A DNA stretch of 64,000 bases, from the NCBI GenBank assembly GCA_013239625.1, contig MU053934.1:5784399-5848398 (forward strand). Reading direction: 5' to 3'. Numbering within the stretch: position 1 is the stretch's first letter; each line of letters begins with the position of its first letter. The position numbers and the translations under genes were made by a program. This DNA is from Lama guanicoe (lineage: Eukaryota). This document shows, piece after piece, positions 28,494 to 41,179 of this stretch. The notes beneath the pieces are model-generated. The model saw only the letters and a program-made list of their open reading frames with translations. It was not told where the DNA came from and searched no databases.

Positions 28494-30769
28494 TAAATCA
28501 GGGATGGGTTTTTGAAGTTTTTCAATTAACTCTTCAACATCTATGTAATAATCATGCAATTCTTCTCCAACGATTTGTCAATAGGGTGAATCATTTTAAT
28601 GGTATTCCTAATATTGAATCATCCTGTATTCCTAGTATGCCTCTACTCGGTTTTAGTATATAATTTTTTTAATATGCTGCTGTATTTTATTTGCTAACAT
28701 TGGGTTTACAATTTTTGCTGTTATAGTCAGAAATGAGACCATTCTGTAGTGTTTTTCTCTTGCGCTATCTTTGACAGACTTGGGTATTGATACATCATGT
28801 TCATCATAAAGGAAATTTGGACGAGTTGACCTAGCATAGTGGTTAAGAGTCAGAATTCTGGAACAAAACTCACTAGGTTCAAATTTGGATCTGCCACTTA
28901 CTAGCTCCGTTGCCCTGGACTACTCATTCACTCCTTCTGCCTGAGTGTTTTCATCTCTAAAACGAGAACAATAATTTATCTTCTTAACAGGATTATTGTG
29001 AGAGTTAAATTAATAGACACTTAGAACTTCATCTGCCACATGGGGGTGTCAATAACAGTAGTAGCTTTATTACGATTATTTCTAGGGTCTTGAACCATTT
29101 GAGTGACATTTTTATTCATCATTCCTTAAAATTTCAGTTGGATTCACCTGAAGTCTTGTTTAGACTTGGTACTTTTTTTCCCCCTTGCGTGTGGGAGAAG
29201 AGTTCTTTAACATTTTCATTTTCTCACGTGATTTTTGGTCTGTTTAGAATTTAATGGTCTTCAAGGATTGATTTTGGTAATTTATGATTTTCTAGAAAAC
29301 CATCCATTTAGTTCAGGCTTTCTCATTTACTTGCATAGTAATCACAATACTTTAAAAATTCTTCGTAGCTGTGGCTGTTTCCTCACCCTCATTTCTTATT
29401 TTGTTTAGAATGAACTTAAAGAAGCTATTTTCCATATTTCAAAAAATCAAAACCCTACAGGCACGTACTATGTAGCAAAACTGTCAAGTTTCTAACTTTG
29501 GGCTAAAATGCTATCAACCCTGTGGGGGGATGGTAGTTATCTCCTGCCAGTCTGAACCTCCAGTGGTAGTTCTGTGACTGCTGATGTATGAGAGCAGGTT
29601 ACAATTTAGTGGCCACTTACAGGCGGATGTCTTCAGTAGATGCCATTTTTCAAATCATGGATCTGTTGTGAAGGCTGCGGTGGTGGAGCAAACAAAGGGT
29701 CCTTGGTCAACAGGATGATCACTAACAATAAAGGTAGGCAGTCTCTGCTCTTTGCTGCTTTGTGTTAACCCTTGTCAGCTTGGACAGAAAAGCCTTAACT
29801 TTAGTTCAGGAGAGAAGGTTTCACTGGTTTCATCCTGGATTGCCTGCAGCTGTTATTTCTAAAAGTTCTAAAAGTTTAGTTACCATGGCAACCATGCGAT
29901 AGCCCCAGAGTGGCTGTTGACTTTGAGCAGGGTGAATCTGGACTGAGGTGTGGGAGCCTGGAAAGAGCTTGGTTCATTCATCCATTCTCTCAGTATTGGG
30001 GATACACATGTGCACAAGGCAGACAAAGGCCTAGCAAGAATTACAGATGGTTTAAGAGTCGGGTAGACCTACATTGAGCCGCCAGCCCTGCCTCTTAATA
30101 GCTGTGTGAGGCTGGCCTGGTCCCTAAACCTCCCTGAATCTCATCTGCCCAGGATGCTAATAACACCTGCTCCGCAGGGTGGTTGAGATACTGCCCCCGT
30201 GAGGCTCCTGGAGCTGGCGCTATATCGTGGTCGTCTATCCCTTCCTCCTGGTCCCAGCTCCCCTGTTTACTGGTTGTGTGACTGGGGAGAAGGTCTTTAT
30301 CTTTTTGGAGCCTCCATTTCCTCACAGATGATCTGTAAAGTCCCTGCCAGCTCGGGAGCCTCGGGCCCTGAAGGGTTAAACACGGCAGCTCTGAGAAGCC
30401 AGGTTGGTGGCTCCTGCTGCTTCCTTCCCAACACTGAACAAACCAGGAAGCACAGGTTCCCTGGGCCACCAGGAACCCCCAGCCACAGGCTTTCCGGGGT
30501 AAGGCTGATTTCAGATGCGAATCCCTTGCCTGTCAGACCAGATTTCCTGGTTTAGGGTTTGGGAAACCCAGGTGCCCTAAACTGATCTTGCAAAGGATTC
30601 ATCCTGTTGCTTCTATGGGCCACTCTGGTCCAAGGGGGATGGAGAACCAGAGAGTCTTTCTCAAGACACAGACTGCTGGGCCTTGGAGAAAATTGCAGTG
30701 GGGAACCACTGCCCAGTGCAGGGGACCACAGGCCTGGCATTAGGTTCCTCGTATGGAGTTTGTTTGTTT

Positions 30770-31268
30770 AATTGAGATTAAATTCACATAACATAAAGTT
30801 AACCATTTTCAAGTATATAATTCAGTGGCCTTTGGAGCATTTTCCATGTTGTGCAACCATCACCCCTATTAGATCCAAAACATTTTCATCACTTTCAAAG
30901 GAGACCCCCATACCCATTAAGTAATGACTCCCTATTTCCCCCTCCCCCAACCCCTGGCAACCACTAATCTGCCTCTGTCTCTGTAGATTTAAGTATTCTG
31001 GGTATTTCATATGAATGGAATCATAAAATATATGGTCTTTTGCTACTAATTTCTTTCATTTAATATAATGTTTTTGAGGTTCTTCCACCTTGTAGCAGGT
31101 ATTGGTCCTCCATTCCTTTTTACGGCTAAATGATACTCCATTGTATGAGTACCCCGCACTTTACACATCTGTTCACCCATTGATGGACAGGTACATTATC
31201 TCCACCTAGTGCTGCTATGAACATTCAGGTACCAGTGTTTGGGGTGTTTTCAATTTTGGGGTGTATAC
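30770..31268 (-). mobile_element. L1 (L1MA/MB-like) 3' UTR fragment
   Basis: ttgagattaaattcacataacataaagttaacc ... ttgtgcaaccatcacc ... cccctggcaaccactaatctg. Confidence 0.8.
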
Positions 31269-31379
31269 TCTTTGTCAAATTTCCATTCTGTCAGGCTGGG
31301 GGAACAATCCCTGGCCTGCCTTCCCACTGGCCGGGGTGAGGACTGAGTGTGAAAGCAGAGGGAAGTAGTCGTAGTTGTC

Positions 31380-32160
31380 TACCAACTTCCAATTTCACAT
31401 CTGCCTGTTGGATACCTGTGTGCGCACGTCTGACATCTAGATCTTAATGCACCCAAAGCCCAACTGTCGATGTCCTCCCCAAACTTGGTTCCCTGGCAGC
31501 CTTGACCATCTCAGTCGGCAGCCACTGATTCCTTCTGCTTGTTCAGGCTCACCCACCCTGCAGTCATCCCGGACCCGTCTCTTCCTCACACTCCACATCC
31601 AAACCCTCAGGAAACCAAGCTGGCTCCATCTTCAAAATACATCCATTATCCAGCCACTTCTCACCACCACTGCCCCATGGGGATGTCTGAAGCTCTTCTC
31701 CTGGCCTCATCCCTCACCCCATCCAGTCTATGCCCAGGTTATCCTTTTAAAATGTAAGTCAGATCATGTTCTGCTCAAAACCCTGCAGTGGCTCCCCTCC
31801 ACCTGAAGTAAATGCCAAGTTCACTGTGTGATCTGGCCGCCTGACCTCTGACGTCATCGCCCACTCACTCCCCCCAGCCACGGCTCACCTGGGGAGCTTG
31901 CACTGGCCTCTGCCTTCTGTGTAAATACTCTCCCTCGAGACCCTGGCACGTCTGCCTGCCTCACCTCCAGTCTTCGCTCAAATGCCACCTTCTCAACTTG
32001 CTACTTCACTTACTCATTGTTGTTAATTGACTCTCTCCTCTGCCTGAATATAAACCCTGTGAGGACAAGGGTCTTGGTGTGTTTTGCTCAGTGATCTCGT
32101 CCGAATACCTAGAAAGCACCTGGCACATAGTAGGTGCTTGAGGCATATTTGTTGAATTGG
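31380..32160 (+). mobile_element. L2 LINE 3' portion
   Basis: ctccatcttcaaaatacatcc ... aaatgtaagtcagatcatgt ... cctggcacatagtaggtgct ... atttgttgaat. Confidence 0.8.
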
Positions 32161-33895
32161 TAAACAATACTAACAACAGCAGTGACCATTTATTAAGCCT
32201 GTTTTGTGCCACATACTCTACAAACATCACACTTAAATCTCACAAACAAGTAGAATTTTTTGCTTCCGTTTTACAGTTGAGGAACCCGGGTGAATTTTCA
32301 GAGCTTTTTAGATGACTTGTCCCCAGTCACACAGTTAGTACTCGGCAGAGAAAGGATTTGAACCCAGGTCAGTCTGCTTGACTTAGGCACTCTGGCTCTT
32401 TCCTACTTTGCCCTGTGCTCAGTGCAGCTGTAATTCAACATTGTTCACTCATTCATTCATTCATTCAGTAACTATTTCCCAAGCCTCCTCCACCTTTCCA
32501 TGGCTGAAAAGCCAGGCCTTATACTGCAGACTGGGGACCGTCACACAGGGGTCTGGATCCTGCGGAAGCAGCTCAGGTCCTAAGTTCTGGGCAACAGGTG
32601 TCCCTTGGGCTTTGTAAACTGAACAAGGGGTCTCCCTCTCTCCAGCAATTCATTAGCGCCACTAAACAGGAGCCCATTCCAACTGTTGTCCCTCCTTCAC
32701 AGCAGAAACAAAACAGCTCCCCACGCGCCAGCCCTGGCCCCGAGGCCGAGTGAGGCCAGAGCAGCGCACCCCACAGCATCCAGCACCTCACCAGGTAAAC
32801 AAGCCCGAAGGAGGAGGCGGTGGGTGTGGGTGCCGGCCCAGGGCCAACCCGAGCCGCGAGCCGCGCAGGCTGAGAGGCGGGGCGATTGGGAGGAAGTGTG
32901 GGCGAGGCGAGTGCTGGGTCTGGAGCAATCACGATTGCCACATGGGGAAGACGCCAGCCCCAGACACCCTCCTGGGGCTTCCTCCCCCTTTTCTCAACTG
33001 AGCACAGCCGATGGTGGGGGGCAGAGGGGCCCTTCTCCCGCTCGCGTTCCTCCCCCGCCCAGAACGCGCACTCCGTCCCTCCCCTGTGCCTCCTCCCGGC
33101 AGCCACCCTGGTTTCACCCCCTCTGTCCTTCCTCCTGTGCCGCCCGAGGAAAGGGGGAAACAGTTCGGCCAACCAATCCTCAACTGCCTTGGCGCTTCAT
33201 TTCCAAAGAGCCACTAAGGAGTTGGTTTGGAGGGTTGATTAAACGCATACACACTTTGTCATGAACGCTGGTGGCTTTCCTTTCCTGTTTAATTTAGTCA
33301 GCACGTATTTAGAGAGCTTCCTCTGTGCGGGACCCTCTGCCAGGCGCTGGCGGCCGAGGAGCTCAGGGTCTGCCAGAGAAGCTCAGAAGGCAACTGAAAA
33401 CCACATCGCAGCCACAGGAGTCTGCTCACTCCCTGAGATGACAGGCTGCCTAGGAGGTGGGAAATCAGGCTTAACCCCGCATCTGCAGCACCGGGGCGTC
33501 AAAGGCTTAAACATGATCCGCTGTAGGGTATTCACTGTTAGGGAAATATATTATAGAAACAGGTTGCCCAAAGGATGTACGCTGTATGATCCAAATTTTA
33601 TAAAATACACAGGCACATACACGTATATATATATATATTTTTTAATTGGCACTGGTAGACTACAAAATGTTAATAGTTGTTATCTCTAAGTTGCCGATTT
33701 CAGGTGCTCTTAAAAGACTTTTTATTATGTAGAATATTGGACATATATTGAAAAATAGAATAGGATAGTGAACCTTTCTCAGCCCGATAACCAACAACCC
33801 ACACCAGCAATGCCCCATCCACCCCTCCAGGATGTAATCCATGGCAGCAAATCCTAGAAATAGTTCAGTGTGTAGCTTTCAAATCAAGGCCTTTA

Positions 33896-34002
33896 TGGGG
33901 TTTTTATTATTTTTTTTTTAATGGAGGTACTGGGGATTGAACCGAGGGCCTCCAGCATGCTAAGCATGCACTCTACCACCGAGCCATTACCCCCTAACTC
34001 CC
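33896..34002 (-). mobile_element. Vic-1-like SINE with 11-bp TSD
   Basis: ggaggtactggggattgaacc ... atgctaagcatgcactctacc; TSD caaggccttta at 33885-33895 and 34003-34013. Confidence 0.88.
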
Positions 34003-34574
34003 CAAGGCCTTTAAATATATATATATATAATTTGAGATATCATTTAGATAATCCATGGTTTCCCCCTCCATCTCTTTTTATTTTCTTTGCAAACGCATTT
34101 ATCCTACCACACCCCAGTTTGCTGATTGCATCCCTGTGGTATAATTTAACAAGTCTCTCTGTCCTTTGTATTGCTTGTAAATGGATGGTGTAATCTAGAG
34201 TCTGATTAGATTCAGATTAGAGTTTTTTGACAAGATTGATTCAGAGGAGCTGTTGCGTGATTTCATTAGGAGGCAGATAATGTCTTGCTGTCTCTCTGTG
34301 TGGCATAAGCAGCCTTGTTCAGTGTTTACATCCTTTAATTCATAAGGGTTCGCAAGATGAAAATCATCAAATTTGATCATTCTCTCTTCTCCTATTAGCA
34401 GGAATACCTCTGTGAAGAGACACTTCCCCTCATCACCTGTCTGATTCATCTGAGGTACAGATCATAAAGGGCAAGAAAAATGCTTCAGTCTTTGGCTTTA
34501 TTAACCAGACTTCAAAATAGTGAGTTTGTTCTCCAGCACCCAACAAAGAGAACAAATTAAGATTTTTTTTTTCA

Positions 34575-35145
34575 TTTTTAAACAAATGTTTAAAATTATT
34601 GAAAGGTTACTTTCCATGTACAGTTATTACAAAATACTGGCCGTATTCCTCGTTACATCCTTGAGCCTACCTTATACTCAAAGTTGTGTGCCTCTCGCGC
34701 CCCGACCCCTATACTTTCCCCCCCACCCACTGGTAGCCACTAGTTTGTTCCCTGTGTCTGAGAGTCTGCTTCTATTTTGTTATATTCACTAGAAGTTTGT
34801 TGCATTTTTTAAGATTCCACATCTAATTGATATACAGTACTTGTCTTTCTCTTGTCTGACTTATTTCACTTACCGTAATGCCCTCCAGGTCCATACATGT
34901 TGCTGCAAATGGCAAAATTTCACTCTTTTCTATGGCTGAGTAGTATTCCATTGTATATTTATATACCACATCTTCTTTATACATTCATCTGATGATGGAC
35001 ACTTAGGTTGTTTCCATATCTTGGCTTTTGTAAATAGTGCTGCTATGAACATTGGGGTGTTCGTATCTTTTTGAATTAGTGTTTTTGTTTTTTCAGAAGT
35101 ATACCCAAGAGTGAAATTGCTGGGTCATAGTTTCAGTTTTTTGAG
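34575..35145 (-). mobile_element. L1 3' fragment
   Basis: tccatacatgttgctgcaaatggcaaaatttca ... gatggacacttaggttg ... gctgctatgaacattggggtg. Confidence 0.85.
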
Positions 35146-35262
35146 ACAAATTGAGTTTTTAAAAAATTATTTTTAGTATCATGGTGAATTCGTGGATTTA
35201 AACATTTGATGTACTTTTGTTAAGACATTATTTTTACTGATGTTCAAATTATTCCATCTTTG

Positions 35263-35428
35263 AGGGAGAGGGTATAGCTCAGTGGTAGAACACATGCTTA
35301 GCATGCACAAAGTCCTGGGTTCAATCCCCAGTACCTCCTCTAAAAACAAATAAATAAACCTAATTATCTGCCTCCCTCAAAAAAACTTATAAAAAAAGAA
35401 AAAAAGACAAAATTTTTTTAAAAACCAG
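35263..35428 (+). mobile_element. Full-length Vic-1-like SINE with 15-bp TSD
   Basis: gagggtatagctcagtggtagaacacatgcttagcatgcacaaagtcctgggttcaatccccagtacc; TSD attattccatctttg at 35248-35262 and 35429-35443. Confidence 0.92.
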
Positions 35429-35544
35429 ATTATTCCATCTTTGGTCTGCAGAAATCTCTTCAGCTCAGCTCTTAACTTCTTTGGCCACACCCTGGAAGTC
35501 TTTTTCCCCCTCCCCGATGATATTTGAATTTGGGAAAATTTTTT

Positions 35545-35897
35545 TTCTTTTAATTGAAGTATAGTTAATTTAGTTTCAGGTGTACAGCAAAGTGATTTAG
35601 TTATACATATATATCTATTCTTTCTCAGATTCTTTTCCATTATAGGTTATAACAAGATATTGAATATGGTTGCCTGTGCTATACAGTAGGTCCTTGTTGT
35701 TTATCTACTTTATATAGAATAGTATGTATCTGTTAATCCCAAATTCCTAATTTATCCCACCCTCCCTCTCCCCCTTGGTATCCATTAGTTTATTTTCTCT
35801 ATGAGTCTATTTCTGTTTTGTAAATAAGTTCATTTGTATCATTTATAGAGTCCACATATAATGGTATCATATGATACTTGTCTTTGTGTGACTTAAC
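35545..35897 (-). mobile_element. Cetartiodactyl-type L1 3' end
   Basis: ttgaagtatagtt ... ttcaggtgtacagcaaagtgatt ... ctgtgctatacagtaggtccttgttg. Confidence 0.85.
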
Positions 35898-36084
35898 TCT
35901 GTAAGCCTTGACTGCCCCTTGGCTAGCTGACGTTTCCAGATCTTCCAGACTCCTCTTGTGTTTGGCCGTGGCTCTAGAACCAGCCATCCTCTCAGGAGCC
36001 CTGGTTCCTTTTGAGGGAAATGGTGTTGAGAGATCACAAGCTGGGTGCCAGGGTTATAACTGGCTGCTTAAAATTTTTTCTCTT

Positions 36085-36950
36085 TTTACTTTTTATTTTA
36101 AAATAATTCTAGACTTACAGAAAAGTTGCAAAAATAGCACAGAGAGTTTCCCGTATATCCTGTTACCCAGCTTCCTCTCAGGTTAACCTCTTGCATAACC
36201 ACAGCCCAATGATCAAATCTCAGAAAATAACATTGGCACAATACTATTAATTAAACTACAGGCTTTATCCAGATTTCACCAACTCTTCCATCAGTGTTCT
36301 GTCACCCCCACTCCATTTGTAGGCTCCCACAATGGAATCAACTTGTCGTGGAACCTTAGTTTCCCCTAATCCATAAGAGTTCCTTGCTCTGATCTTGCAT
36401 GACCTTGACACTTTGGAAGAGTACTGGTCAGGTGTTTGGTAGAATGTCCTTCACTTTGGGTTGGTCTCATATTTTCTCATTACTAGAGGGAGGTGACACG
36501 TTCTGGGGAAGAATAATGCAGAAGTGGCCCGTTTTTCAGTACATCAGGGGGCACATGATGTGATGCATCTTATTCCTGGGATGTTAACCTGAATCACTTG
36601 GTTAAGATGGTGTCTGCCAGTTTTTTCCACTGCCCATTTTTAATTTTTCCTTTTATAGTTAATAAATATCTTTTAGACAATGCAGATATTCTGTTTCTCC
36701 TCAAACTTTTGCCCCTAATTTTCACATCCATCAGTGGATCTTTCCTGCCATGATAATTATTACGATGTTCTGATGGTGAGTTCCTATTTCCCTCATTCCT
36801 TCTGCATTTATTAATTGGAATCCTTCTGTAAGAAAGAGCTGTCCTTTCCTCCCCTGTATTTATTTATTTATGTATTCATTCATTCACTCATTTACGTCAC
36901 TATGGATCTGGGAACATTTCATTCTATGGGTTATAATCCAGTGCTGCTGC
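36085..36950 (-). mobile_element. Old L1 (L1MC-like) 3' UTR
   Basis: ctagacttacagaaaagttgcaaaaatagcacagagagtttcc ... catgaccttgacactttggaagagtactggtcagg. Confidence 0.75.
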
Positions 36951-39900
36951 TCATCTAATAGGCTTTGAAATAAATGTTTCTGGAAGAAAGCAAGACAAGC
37001 AGAGAAAGAGTAAGAAAAGGAGGAGAGACTGGTAGGAAACTTATTCATTTACACATAATAAATCTTTATCAGGACACAGGAAACAGGCCTGGCCAAGTGT
37101 TCCAGTCCAACCATGTGCTGGTGGGAGTGGCTTTTCTACAAAGCAAATCTGACTTGGTTAAGGGGGCACCCCACTGCCCTGGGAGCCCCTGGGGGCTGTT
37201 TCTCTCTGTCCTCAGGACTCAGCCTGGCCAAGGCAAGCACAGTGAACGCGGTTCCTTCAAGTCAGATCCTGTCCTTCCTGACCCTACGTCTCAGCAAAGT
37301 TTCCATCTCACTGGGAGTAAAAGTCCAAGGCCTTACAAAGGTCTCAGAGCCTACAGACTCTGGGCCCCCTCCTCCCTCCCTGCCCAATCCCTTGTTGGAT
37401 GTACTCCTTCAAGACAGGGTCTCTGCACTGGCCTGGACTGCTCTTCCCCTAGATATGAGCTTGGCTCCCCAGTCCTTCTCCTCCTGCAGGTCTTAAATGT
37501 CACCCTTCTCAGAGAGAACCTCCCTGAGTACCCTACCACAAACTACCGCCTCCCCTCCCACCCTGCCTGCTGCCTCCTCCCCAGAGCATAATGTATTATT
37601 TTCCTATTTGTTTTTTCATTTTCTGTCTCCTTCCGTTGGAACCTAAGCTGCAGGAGAATCAAAGGTACTACAGTGTGACAGTAGGAGGGGGACAGTTGCA
37701 GCACAGAGTGAAAGCCCAGAGGAGTGGTCAGGGAGGGCTTCTCAAAAGAGGTAACCTCTAGATCTGGAGCTAAAGTTTATTCGAGTATTAGGTGAATGGA
37801 GGAGTGTCAGAGAGGAAAGTCTTTTAGGAAACAGGTGAGAAGGAACAGATCACCTAAGGGGCCCCAATTTCCAATTTACTAGGAAAAAAAAAAGTCCAAC
37901 ATTCCAAGTTAAGGGGGAGGGAGTGTGGGACCTTTACTGTAACCTCAGTTACCCTGGGATGGATTAGGGAGAAGCAAGAGACGCCTGGGGCAGCCGTCCT
38001 CCAGCCTGAGAAAATTTTCTGTGTTGCAAATCTGACCTTTCTCTAGGGTTTAAACTTGTTCAAATGTTTGAAAGACTATCTCACCCAGTTCTCTGTTTTG
38101 ACAAAGGAGAGCAAGGCTGGAGCGTGCTATCAGGTCCCAGGGCTATCGTGGTCAGCCTGTGGGGAGGAGGGGTGGCCAGGTTAGAACGTGGACAAACTCA
38201 TTGTCTCTCCCTGTTGCCTGCGGTGGGCCCAGCATCCATTGCCTGCTGTATCATATGTATGATGCCTTCTGGGTTCCAGTGCTGCCCAGGCCCCAAGCCT
38301 CTTCTCTCCACTCTCTGCCCTTCACCTGATCCCTCCCCCAGTTCATCTTTGTCCTTCTCGGGGGACACTTGAGCTCCCCACCTCTTTACACTCAGCATTA
38401 CTGGCTGTGACAGTAACTGGGGTTGTGTGCATTCATGCTGGCACACCAGCTCCAGGAGGTGGGGGCAGGTCTACTTGGTGGAGTCCCCAGCTCTGAGCAC
38501 CGTCTCCACCTGAGAGCAAGCAGTGGAAGAAAAGTGGTTGAAGAAATACTTGTGGAGCTAATGGATGCTGGTGGTGGGAGAATAAGGGCGAAATTATTAT
38601 AGTGGTCAAGGCAAAAATTAAAATATGTCTGGGCTGGGTCAGTGGTGGTCAGCAGTGGGGGCAGTAGGTGGGGGAAAGAAACAAGCCCAGATGGGAGAGG
38701 ATTTGCAGAGGCAGAATCCAGATGTTTGTTTTTAATGATGAGAAAACACACTGCGGCCAGTCCGCATCCTGTTCTTCCCAAAGGGGTAAAGCACCCCCGT
38801 GGCAGATCATTTGGAGCCACTGAAGGTTTTTGAGTAGAAAAGCAATTGTTCCACGATGGGCACCATTCTGTACATTTGTATCTTGGAAGTTGCCTCAGTC
38901 TGACAGTAACAGGGCCCTTCACCCGTGGGCCCACCCTCTTGCTGCCATCACTCGCCTCCCTGAACCCCAGCAGGTGTGGCCACTTTGGTGCCACCTGAAC
39001 TTCTCAGGTGATGCATGTGCTGGTGTGGCTGATATCCTGCCTGCAACATCGCAGCTGCAGGGACAGGGCTGTTGCCTTGGTAACAAGGTGGCTTTTGCAG
39101 GTTCCCTCTGATTCTGCAGGGTCTCAACTGCACTGAGAGGGAAGGAAGACCAGTTTATCACCATGTAGCCGGTGGCCCCTGCAAACAGTGAGCTGTGAGA
39201 GGCCCTCCCATTTATCCTAAATACATACCATAGCGGAGCGAGACAACCTATGATCAAATCCTGGCTCGGACACTTTCTGACACTGTGCATCCTCACAAGT
39301 TACTGAACTTCTCTGTGCTTCATTTTCTCCATGTGTAAAATGAGAAAGTGAGGATTAAACGGGATGATACACCAGGCCTCTCCCACGCCCCTGGCATGTG
39401 GGAAATATTAGCTAATATTAAATCCCATCTTCCCACCTTCTGCAGAAAAGTCTGACAGGGAACCTAGAGGCATCCTCACACAGTGAAATTACAGGTGCAG
39501 GACAGTTTTCTGGGACCATCAGTGGGCGGCCTGAGACAAGCGCAGGGCACATGGGCCTTTTCACATGGGCTTCAGCAGCCCCCTGGGGTGAGGCGGGAGC
39601 TTCCTAGCTTCACCGGTGGCCCGCGCAGCTCCCACCCGAAACCTGCCCATGATCTTCTCCGCTGTGTTGAGTGGGAGTGTAACCAGACTAGGGTTATTTG
39701 CTTGAGGCTTGTCCTGGAAACTCACTGGAGCCCATGAGGACAAGCTGGTCCAATCTGCAGCCCCTTCGTTCACTTATTCTGTCATTCATTCAACTCACCC
39801 AACATATGCTGTGCTGGATGTTAGGGAGTCTGCAAAATGACAGTCCTGCTGGCTAGAAGCTCACAGTACCCGCAGGGGAACCAGAGGAGCAAACAGGCGA

Positions 39901-41179
39901 TTTCAAGCTGGCAGCATCTAGACCATTGAGCCCCGCCTGGAGAGGCAGGTGTGGACAGTGGGACCCCAGGTGGAAGGCCCAGCTGAGGCAAGGAAAGGAA
40001 GTGAGAACTGTTCGGTTTTGCCGCCTCATAAAGCCTGCAGTGGGGTGGCTGGATAACAGGCTACAAATACAGCCAAGAGCCTCATAATCCGCCCCAAGAA
40101 GGCAGATTATTCGTCGGGCAAAAGGCCTGCTTCCCAGGAGTTTTAAGGATGGAATTTAGTTTTTCTAGAAGGTGCAGGGTAGGGATGGATTGAAAAGAGA
40201 GAACTGGCAGTCAGAGGGGAAGGGTGCTTTGTGTGATGATCTGGGGACAAACAGTGAGACCTGGATGGACTGGGAGGACATTTAGGTAGAATCAGTAGGA
40301 TCTGGACCCTGGCTGAGTGATGGTCTTGCAAGCTTCCAGAATGACAGCCCAGGCCCCCGTGCTGACTCCAGCCCCTGCACTGGAGTTGTGCGAGCCTGGC
40401 CGAGCAGGGTGAGAAGCCCATTGCTTCCAGAGGCCATATAATGCCAGGGTCCAGCTTGGGCTTGGCCGAACTGCCCAAGTGACTCGTCTATGTCCTCTCT
40501 TTTATAAGAGCATGAATTGGCATGGAAAGCGAGCACAACACAGACACTCAGTGAATGGTGGGTGGGATTATTCATTTGCTACAGCTCTGTGGGGTGCATG
40601 GGCGGGGTGGGGGGTACCCTTCCATTCACTCAGTATTCACCTACTGAACACCCTGGGGGCCTGCCCTGGGCAAGACCAAGGAAGCTACAGTGTTGGAACT
40701 AACCAAGGGAAAGACGAAGGTATCGAGCACTAAGCACCGCAGGACTTAGGAAAGTTGGGGAGGAAAGGGGTTCCCTTCAGAGCTCTTCATAAGAGGAGAC
40801 ACAGGATCTTTCAGTCTCTTGAAGGGTCAGGTTCTGGTTCTCACAGTCTACCCCGAGTGCCTCACCAACATTTTGAAGCACCAAGCCAGTTCGGGCCATG
40901 TGGCCTTCCTAAAAACATGTCAGGGAGCAAATACGCCAAATGCATGGCACTACCTGGAGAGCGCGGGCCCTGACACACGGAAGAACCCCGGGCAGGACGG
41001 CCAGGCAGGCTGGCTTCCGGCAGCTTCCACGGCCCACTTCCTGGCCGGAGGGAAAGAGTCGGCTCTTTTATTGGCTTCTCCAGGCCCAGCCTGCTTCCTT
41101 CATCACTGCAGCCTCCGCCCAGCACAGGCCTGGTGCCAGAAGCCTAAGAAATATTTAATGGGAGGAAGGAGCGAAAACC

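Noticed and set aside
35263..35340. tRNA-like sequences with A and B boxes (also at 28.3, 33.9, 43.7, 59.6 and 62.3 kb)
   Set aside because: Each has an AT-rich tail and TSDs, so they are SINEs and not tRNA genes.
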